The position numbers and the translations under genes were made by a program. Positions 1 to 5,106 of a stretch of 6,551 bases of DNA are shown piece by piece (the first letter of the stretch is position 1; each line of letters starts with the position of its first letter). This stretch comes from Candidatus Auribacterota bacterium (lineage in GTDB: Bacteria > Auribacterota > UBA6266). The notes beneath the pieces were generated by a model. That model saw nothing but the letters and a program-made list of their open reading frames with translations. It did not search any database and was not told the DNA's origin. The stretch covers positions 1 through 6,551 of the forward strand of contig JAGLRQ010000133.1 of the NCBI GenBank assembly GCA_023136205.1, written 5' to 3'.

Positions 1-13
1 GAGCTAGTACAGC

Positions 14-107
14 TGTCCCTATTTTCTCTATTTTCTGTCCCTATTTTTGCTATTTTTGTATTTTCCTCTATTTTCCTTCCTACTATTTTCCTTCCTATTT
101 TCCTTAG
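14..107. repeat. Degenerate pyrimidine-rich short tandem repeat array (core TATTTT[C/T], 8 copies), possibly truncated by the window edge
   Basis: TATTTT starts at 20, 29, 42, 51, 59, 69, 84 and 96, giving spacings of 9, 13, 9, 8, 10, 15 and 12 nt (mean about 10.9). Longer sub-repeats are CTGTCCCTATTTT at 13-25 and 35-47, and CTATTTTCCTT at 68-78, 83-93 and 95-105. The + strand is almost all C/T. The - strand carries 8 GGA motifs. No ORF covers the region. Confidence 0.85.
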
Positions 108-162
108 AGGGGGACTTTACAGAACCACATACCACCTTTACATTCAAACTCCTCAACCCCCA

Positions 163-180
163 TTCTTGCTTTTGCAAGAA
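163..180. other. Perfect hairpin or palindrome: TTCTTGC-TTTT-GCAAGAA (7-bp stem, 4-nt loop)
   Basis: Direct reading shows 163-169 complementary to 174-180. No U-run follows on either strand, so it does not look like a canonical intrinsic terminator. Confidence 0.5.
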
Positions 181-317
181 AGCATAGGGGTCCCCGCGGT
201 ACCCTCAGTCGCCTGCCTCGCATTCAAGCACATCTAATCAACTTCATCACGATATCCGCCGTAAAATCCAAACCTAAAAATTAAAAAACATAGATGATTT
301 ACTTGCCAAGCAAGATA

Positions 318-326
318 TGCTATAAG
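318..326 (+). promoter_or_regulatory. Candidate extended -10 promoter element (TGcTATAAG) for the 384-1644 cassette
   Basis: TGnTATAAg lies 58 nt upstream of the ATG at 384. A TTGCCA at 303-308 is only 12 nt upstream, too close for a canonical -35. That TTGCCA sits inside a small palindrome, CTTGC-CAA-GCAAG (302-314). AT-rich DNA produces such matches by chance. Confidence 0.3.
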
Positions 327-383
327 AATTAGCTAAGGAATGTTCCCAAAATAACTATAAAGGTAACAAGGAGGGAAAACATT

Positions 384-1184
384 ATGCCGCGCACTTCGGT
401 AGACAAAAATGTTAGGCGGACTATACTTGACGCCCGACATATGATTCAAGAAGCAGAAAAAGCTGATTGCAATGAAGCGGAAACCCGCCGAAGGATAGAG
501 CGGATATTTGAAAACCTAATGGGCTATAATGTTTTCAAACATCTATCTCGTGAACGTGCAGTTAGAGGAGCAGGCGAGACCGAACATGTTGATTTTGCCA
601 TACAAATTGATGCAGGGGATAATGTTAAACCGGAGATAATGATAGAAATTAAACGAGTAAATGTAGACTTGGCCCGCAAACATCTTAAACAAGTTTCCTC
701 TTATGCAATAAATGCAGGATGTGAATGGATATTACTTACAAATAGTAAAATTTGGAAGCTTTATCATGTGTCCTTTGGACAGCCTCCAGAAACAAAACTT
801 ATTTACGATTGGAACATTCTCTCTGACGATATTACAATCCTTGCAGAACGTTTTAAGTTAATCTCATTTAAAAGCATCAGAAAAGGAATATTGAATGAAG
901 TTTGGCAAAAAACAAATATTCTCCATCCGCGCAATCTGCTACAATCTATATTATCTGAGAATTCTATAAAAATTCTTAGACGAGAATTAAAAAAAGATTC
1001 GGGTGTAGCCTTATCCCCCGAAGATATTGTTGCAGGGATACGACGCCTTCTCAATGAAACAGCACTTTCAGAATTAGAGAATGTACGTTTATTATTACCC
1101 AAGAGAAAGACTAAAAGTAGGAAACGCAAAGAATCATCCCAGGAAGCACAAACAACAAGTGATAACAAAGAAAAGGAAGAATAA
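384..1184 (+). CDS. Orphan type I restriction enzyme HsdR N-terminal-like (PD-(D/E)xK fold) nuclease-domain protein with a C-terminal helical extension and a basic tail
   Basis: An AGGAGG at 369-374 lies 9 nt before the ATG. The N-terminal 130 aa carry the HsdR_N-type signature: NEAETRRRIERIFENLMGY, then E57, VDFAI (D70, nt 591-593), IEIK (E88/K90, nt 645-653), Q103xxxY107, and WILLTNSKIWKLY. Residues from about 135 to 266 have no motif I recognise. The protein ends in KRKTKSRKRK followed by an acidic tail. Confidence 0.75.
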   Translation: MPRTSVDKNVRRTILDARHMIQEAEKADCNEAETRRRIERIFENLMGYNVFKHLSRERAVRGAGETEHVDFAIQIDAGDNVKPEIMIEIKRVNVDLARKHLKQVSSYAINAGCEWILLTNSKIWKLYHVSFGQPPETKLIYDWNILSDDITILAERFKLISFKSIRKGILNEVWQKTNILHPRNLLQSILSENSIKILRRELKKDSGVALSPEDIVAGIRRLLNETALSELENVRLLLPKRKTKSRKRKESSQEAQTTSDNKEKEE

Positions 1185-1213
1185 GCAAATGGCTCTCATA
1201 GGAGGGAATTAAA

Positions 1214-1453
1214 ATGGAATATATTCTATGGGTAACTGTAATAATCTTTATTTTTGGGGCAATATCCAAACTTTCCAAACCAAAACAATGGGTCAATTTT
1301 TGTGGGGCAGATGATGAGGAAACTTGTGAAGAATGCCGAAAAGCTATGGAAGGAAATCCGTGGCCCACAAAAAAAGCTCCGATACCAGGAACCCTTAAAT
1401 GTGGAGATAAATGCAGACACGCTTTACAAATTGCGGAACCTCCAAAAAAATAA
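1214..1453 (+). CDS. Small membrane-anchored Cys/His-cluster protein (79 aa), function unknown
   Basis: An AGGAGG at 1200-1205 lies 8 nt before the ATG, and the gap to the upstream gene is 29 nt. The N-terminal hydrophobic helix is ILWVTVIIFIFGAI, followed by basic SKLSKPK. The cluster is C30-x7-C38-x2-C41 ... C63-x3-C67-R-H69. It is short, so its coding status rests on the RBS, the operon packing and the motif pattern. Confidence 0.6.
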   Translation: MEYILWVTVIIFIFGAISKLSKPKQWVNFCGADDEETCEECRKAMEGNPWPTKKAPIPGTLKCGDKCRHALQIAEPPKK

Positions 1454-1467
1454 AAAGGCCTCAAATC

Positions 1468-1644
1468 ATGGCATTGATAAATTGTCCAGATTGTGGAAAA
1501 GAAGTTTCTGATATAGCTCCAGCCTGCCCTAATTGTGGCAGAGCCATTAAAGCAAGAACAATAGAAAAGACAGCAAAGAAATATAAAGGAGCAATAACAC
1601 TGGGAACAGTTATGCTTCCTGTTGGTATTCTTGTTTGCTTGTGA
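1468..1644 (+). CDS. Zinc-ribbon protein (CPxC-x10-CPxC) with a C-terminal hydrophobic tail anchor (58 aa)
   Basis: MALINCPDCGKEVSDIAPACPNCGRAI is a classic N-terminal zinc-ribbon start. A basic linker, KARTIEKTAKKYKG, follows, then the hydrophobic AITLGTVMLPVGILVCL running directly into the TGA. I prefer the ATG at 1468 over the in-frame ATG at 1411, which would overlap the upstream gene by 43 nt. The SD is weak (AAAGG), and the gene starts 14 nt after the upstream stop. Confidence 0.6.
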   Translation: MALINCPDCGKEVSDIAPACPNCGRAIKARTIEKTAKKYKGAITLGTVMLPVGILVCL

Positions 1645-1839
1645 CCCCTTGTTTGTTGTTTGCTTCTTTTCTCTGGATTTTCCTCCGCTGTTGAAATATA
1701 ATTTCCCATGTGGTGTATCCTTAATCTGGCTCCTGTAATGAGCCTTTTAAAAGTTAAAATTTTACTCTTAAAAGGATACGTCACTTGTTCTCATTCCACA
1801 ACTTTTTAGTATATCTCTAAAAAAAAAGTAAATACTCAA

Positions 1840-2787
1840 TTGCCAAAACATATTCTCGCAATCGACATAGGGACTAATTCAACAAGGTATTCCCTTTATT
1901 TAAAAAAGGGATATAAGCTTATTGAATCCGGGGTAACAATAACACGCCTTGGGGAAAATATCCGCAAGACAAAAAAAATTAACCCCAAAAACCTCAAACT
2001 AACGCTTGATTGTCTGAAAAAATATATAAAGAAAAATTCATGGGCCAGCCCTGAAATAAAAGCCATAGGCACAAAGGCATTAAGAACAGCGGCCAACAGC
2101 AGGATTTTTATCAAAGCGGGCGAAAATATTTTAAAAACAAGGATAAAAACCGTGTCCGGCAAAGAAGAAGCCCTTCTGGGTTTCTCCGGCACGAAAAAAG
2201 CACTTGGACTAAAAAAAATGTTCTTCATTGATATAGGCGGCGGCAGTACAGAAATCGGAACATCTGCCTATAATCTCGCGAGCATAAATATCGGCTGTGT
2301 AACAATAAAAGAAAGGTTTCTAAATTCTTACCCTTATAAACCTGAAGGCCTAAAGAAGGCTTCTACCTTTATAAATTCAACTCTAAAAAAGGTTAATTTT
2401 GGCAGCAGCCAGGGAAAAACACCGTTAGAATGCGGCGCAATCGGAGGCACATGCACAACTCTCGCGGCTATTAACATAGGGGGAAAAACTTACAACAGAG
2501 AAAAAATCCAGGGTTACAGACTTACCGTAAAACAGATAAAAAATATCTTCAATAAAATATCCGGGCTCAAACTGTCAGAATTGAAGAAGTTAAACGGCCT
2601 TGAACCAAAACGGGCGGATGTTATTGGAGCGGGTACCTTAATTCTTCTTTGTATCCTTGAGCATTTCGGGATAGAAAAGATTACTGTAAGCGATGAGGGA
2701 ATTCTTCTTGGAGTGGTGCTGTTAGGTGATGAGTATAAGGTGGAAAAAGGACAGATCCCGAAACAAGTTCGGGATGACAAAGATTAG
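1840..2787 (+). CDS. ppx: Ppx/GppA-family phosphatase (exopolyphosphatase / guanosine pentaphosphate phosphohydrolase), short single-module form
   Basis: The N-terminal LAIDIGTNSTRYSLY is the ASKHA phosphate-1 motif typical of Ppx/GppA. FIDIGGGSTE is the phosphate-2 motif, and GGTCTTLA follows later. At 315 aa it matches the short forms that lack the C-terminal HD-like extension. The start is TTG with no obvious SD, so the exact start is uncertain. Confidence 0.85.
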   Translation: MPKHILAIDIGTNSTRYSLYLKKGYKLIESGVTITRLGENIRKTKKINPKNLKLTLDCLKKYIKKNSWASPEIKAIGTKALRTAANSRIFIKAGENILKTRIKTVSGKEEALLGFSGTKKALGLKKMFFIDIGGGSTEIGTSAYNLASINIGCVTIKERFLNSYPYKPEGLKKASTFINSTLKKVNFGSSQGKTPLECGAIGGTCTTLAAINIGGKTYNREKIQGYRLTVKQIKNIFNKISGLKLSELKKLNGLEPKRADVIGAGTLILLCILEHFGIEKITVSDEGILLGVVLLGDEYKVEKGQIPKQVRDDKD

Positions 2788-2820
2788 ATCCCCGGTAACA
2801 GGAACAACCGCTTCACCGGG

Positions 2821-2850
2821 ATATAAAAAGAAGGCTCAAGAGTCAAGCCT
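2821..2850 (-). terminator. Candidate intrinsic terminator of folC (weak stem followed by a U-run)
   Basis: On the - strand, AGGCU (2850-2846) pairs with AGCCU (2836-2832) across a 9-nt loop and is followed directly by UCUUUUUAUAU. The stem includes the folC stop codon. A stronger GC hairpin, CCTGCC-GGTA-GGCAGG (2852-2867), lies just upstream inside the folC 3' end. Confidence 0.35.
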
Positions 2851-4158
2851 GCCTGCCGGTAGGCAGGGGTCAAGAGCGCACAACTTGAAATATTTTCTTG
2901 CTTCGCCGGCGAGAAATAATGAACCTACAATGGCAATATCCCCTGTTTCACCTGAAAGAAACTTCATAGCTCCCTTAAAAGACTCTTCTTCTTTAACAGG
3001 CAACTTTTTAAATCGCTTCTTAGCTTCTTCCGCAAGGCAAGAAGGATCAAGTGCCCTGCCGGAAACAGGCGGAGGGACACAAATCATTGACCTAATCCTT
3101 GCTACTGGAAGATTCCTAAGCATCTTGCGATAATCCTTATCCTTAAGAATCCCTACAATAAAATTGAATTTTCTGCCGGAAGAAAAAAGTCTCATGTTCT
3201 CAGAAAAAGAAGCTATACCATCCGGATTATGGGCGCAATCTATAATTATTGTTTTCTTCCCCTTCTTTATGATTTCAAATCTTCCCGGCCAAACCGAATT
3301 TTTAATTTCCTTAATGGCAGATATTGAAGGCAGAAAAAGCTCATCTGCTGAAGCAATCGCAAGGGCCGCATTCTCAACCTGTTTCTTCCCCAAAATTTTA
3401 ATTCTTATATTGTTTCTCTTCTTCTTCGCCGATATATAATCAAAAACAGCTCCATTAAGTGAACATTTCCTGATTTTTGCGCAGTAATCCCTGCCAAAAA
3501 CAACCGGTTTTATTCCCTTCTGACAACACACCTCTTTAATTCTCTTCAACGCGGCACCTGAAATACTGCCAAGAACAACCTTGCTTCCCTCCTTTATTAT
3601 ACCTGCCTTCTCACAGGCAATCTTGGATAAAGAAGTCCCCAGATGCTCAGTATGGTCTTTTGAAATATTGGTTATTACACATACCTCGGAATTAAAGTAA
3701 TTGGTAGCATCCAGCCGTCCGCCCAGGCCTGTTTCAAGAACAACAAAACGCGCTCTTTTCTCCTTGAAGTACAAAATTGCCATGGCGGTAACAATCTCAA
3801 AAAATGTCAGGTGACAAGCTGTTTTTTTTTCTGTTTTTTTTACTGCCGGTGATACAATTTCATAAATCTTTACCAGCTCTTTTTTGGTTATTATTTTTCC
3901 GCCCACAATAAACCGCTCCCTTAAAGAACAGAGATGCGGAGAGGTAAAAAGCGCGGTTCTAAAACCGGACGCTTCAAGGATATCCGCAATGTAGTTCGCG
4001 GTAGACCCCTTACCATTGGTTCCCGCCACATGAATAAACCTGAAATGCCTGTGAGGATTCCGCAGTTCTTCCATCAACGCGCAAATATTATGCAAACCCA
4101 GTTTTACCCCGAATTTTTGGGATAAGGAAAGTTCTTTAACTACGTTTAGATAGGTCAT
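2836..4158 (-). CDS. folC: Bifunctional folylpolyglutamate synthase / dihydrofolate synthase
   Basis: It has the Mur-ligase-type P-loop HVAGTNGKGST near the N-terminus, plus FTSPHL, ETGLGGRLDATN and ITNISKDHTEHLG motifs. It has the classic position immediately downstream of accD. The ATG overlaps the accD stop. Confidence 0.95.
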   Translation of the reverse strand: MTYLNVVKELSLSQKFGVKLGLHNICALMEELRNPHRHFRFIHVAGTNGKGSTANYIADILEASGFRTALFTSPHLCSLRERFIVGGKIITKKELVKIYEIVSPAVKKTEKKTACHLTFFEIVTAMAILYFKEKRARFVVLETGLGGRLDATNYFNSEVCVITNISKDHTEHLGTSLSKIACEKAGIIKEGSKVVLGSISGAALKRIKEVCCQKGIKPVVFGRDYCAKIRKCSLNGAVFDYISAKKKRNNIRIKILGKKQVENAALAIASADELFLPSISAIKEIKNSVWPGRFEIIKKGKKTIIIDCAHNPDGIASFSENMRLFSSGRKFNFIVGILKDKDYRKMLRNLPVARIRSMICVPPPVSGRALDPSCLAEEAKKRFKKLPVKEEESFKGAMKFLSGETGDIAIVGSLFLAGEARKYFKLCALDPCLPAGRLDS

Positions 4159-4994
4159 TTAACGGTAAACTGAAGAATATTTACAAGGGTATTTCTTATA
4201 TTTTTTCTCTCGACAATTATATCCACAAGTCCGTGGTCAAATAAAAACTCAGATTTCTGAAAACCTGAGGGAAGTTCCTGTTGAATTGTCTGCTTTATAA
4301 CCCGAGGGCCGGCAAAACCAATGAGAGCTTTGGGTTCGGCAATAATTATATCTCCAAGGGAAGCAAAACTCGCGGTTGTTCCGCCTGTTGTGGGATCGGT
4401 AAACACAGATATATACAAAAGGCCTTTTCCCGAAAGCCTGCCCAAAGCCGCGCTGGTTTTAGCCATCTGCATAAGGCTTAAGGTTGACTCCTGCATTCTC
4501 GCGCCGCCGGATGTTGAGAAAATTATCACAGGTATCTTGTCCCTTGCAGCCTTTTCTATAAGGCGGGTTAGCTTTTCCCCTACAACCGCCCCCATGCTTC
4601 CGCCCATAAAACTAAAATCCATTACTCCCAGAGCTGTTTTAACCCCTCCAATCTTCGCGATGCCGGTCACAACAGCTTCATTCATTTTTGTTTTTTCTTC
4701 GGCCTGTTTTATTCTCTCTTTATATGGCTTACTATCAACAAATCCCAGAGGATCAACACTTTTTAAATTAACATCCATTTCCTGAAAACTTTTATCATCA
4801 ACAACCATTTTTATACGTTCGGAAGCTTTGAGAGGATAATGATATTCGCATTTTGGACAAACCTTCTGATTTTCCTCAAGCTTTCTGGTATATATAGTGT
4901 CATTACACCCCTTGCATTTAACCCAGAGGCCGTCGGGGATACTGCTCTTTTTTGTCTGAACAGTTACGTATTTTGGTTTTCTAAAAATCGACAT
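4155..4994 (-). CDS. accD: Acetyl-CoA carboxylase carboxyltransferase beta subunit
   Basis: The N-terminal Cys4 zinc finger is CKGC...CPKC, with WVKC and YHYPL context. The carboxyltransferase core includes MDFSFMGGSMG and SGGARMQE. A GAAGGA SD lies 7 nt upstream of the ATG. Confidence 0.96.
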   Translation of the reverse strand: MSIFRKPKYVTVQTKKSSIPDGLWVKCKGCNDTIYTRKLEENQKVCPKCEYHYPLKASERIKMVVDDKSFQEMDVNLKSVDPLGFVDSKPYKERIKQAEEKTKMNEAVVTGIAKIGGVKTALGVMDFSFMGGSMGAVVGEKLTRLIEKAARDKIPVIIFSTSGGARMQESTLSLMQMAKTSAALGRLSGKGLLYISVFTDPTTGGTTASFASLGDIIIAEPKALIGFAGPRVIKQTIQQELPSGFQKSEFLFDHGLVDIIVERKNIRNTLVNILQFTVK

Positions 4995-5010
4995 TTTGAA
5001 ATCCTTCGGA

Positions 5011-5098
5011 TTTAGTTATTTAGTTATTAGGTTATTAGGTTAATAGATTAGTCATTCAATACTTAATAACTCAGTAACTTAGTAACTCAATAACCCCT
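5011..5098. repeat. 8-bp-phased array of convergent (A/G)GTTA-core repeats forming an imperfect long inverted repeat
   Basis: Left arm units, read on the + strand, are TTTAGTTA (5011), TTTAGTTA (5019), TTAGGTTA (5027), TTAGGTTA (5035) and ATAGATTA (5043). Right arm units, read on the - strand, are CTGAGTTA (5074-5067), CTAAGTTA (5082-5075), TTGAGTTA (5090-5083) and AGGGGTTA (5098-5091). Positions 5030-5036 pair perfectly with 5095-5089. Pairing continues imperfectly toward the centre near 5062/5063. Confidence 0.8.
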
Positions 5099-5106
5099 CC
5101 TATTGA

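Noticed and set aside
14-107. CRISPR array interpretation of the 5' repeats, and likewise of 5011-5098
   Set aside because: The units are 8-13 nt and directly abutting or nearly so. They lack unique spacers of about 30 nt and repeats of 24-40 nt, so this is not CRISPR architecture.
105-135. RNase P RNA-like words: ACAGAACC on the + strand and AAAGTCC on the - strand
   Set aside because: The two conserved-looking words lie on opposite strands and partly overlap as reverse complements. RNase P needs both on one strand, separated by hundreds of nt, so this is a chance match.
384-1184. Calling the 266-aa protein a bona fide type I restriction subunit (hsdR)
   Set aside because: Only the N-terminal nuclease-like module is present. 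There are no DEAD/helicase motifs and no adjacent hsdM or hsdS, so a gene symbol and an R-M function are not justified.
803-1464. Minus-strand ORFs 803..1168 (121 aa) and 1111..1464 (117 aa), plus 1226..1420 (64 aa)
   Set aside because: They lie entirely antisense to the motif-bearing + strand genes. They have low-complexity Leu/Ser/Phe-rich translations, no RBS and no recognisable motif, so they are shadow ORFs.
1411-1467. Longer start (ATG 1411) for the zinc-ribbon gene
   Set aside because: It would overlap the upstream gene by 43 nt and add a non-descript 19-aa leader. Zinc-ribbon mini-proteins typically begin a few residues before the first CPxC, as they do from the ATG at 1468. It is not excluded.
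1254-1511. Alternative + frame ORF (85 aa, TTG start) overlapping the 79-aa gene
   Set aside because: It has no SD and no motif, and its composition is hydrophilic and low in information. The overlapping 1214..1453 frame has a strong AGGAGG, a TM helix and an ordered Cys pattern.
1642-1644. Possible TGA recoding (genetic code 4 or 25) suggested by the hydrophobic continuation after the zinc-ribbon stop
   Set aside because: accD and folC both terminate sensibly at TGA, and accD's TGA is part of a classic ATGA coupling overlap. The long housekeeping ORFs have no internal TGA. The genome therefore uses the standard code. Only local read-through or a nonsense mutation remains possible.
1461-1784. 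Minus-strand ORF of 107 aa (GTG start) spanning the ppx leader and lying antisense to the zinc-ribbon gene
   Set aside because: It has a GTG start without an SD and no recognisable domain. Half of it is antisense to a better-supported gene, so it is probably spurious. Only transcript or conservation data could rescue it.
1896-2780. Minus-strand ORFs 1896..2228 (110 aa) and 2514..2780 (88 aa)
   Set aside because: They are antisense shadows of the Ppx/GppA gene.
2726-3439. Plus-strand ORFs 2726..3133 (135 aa) and 3164..3439 (91 aa), and 3934..4125 (63 aa)
   Set aside because: They are antisense shadows of folC, which is unambiguous.
4281-4785. Plus-strand ORFs 4281..4481 (66 aa) and 4321..4785 (154 aa)
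   Set aside because: They are antisense shadows of accD and have no motifs.
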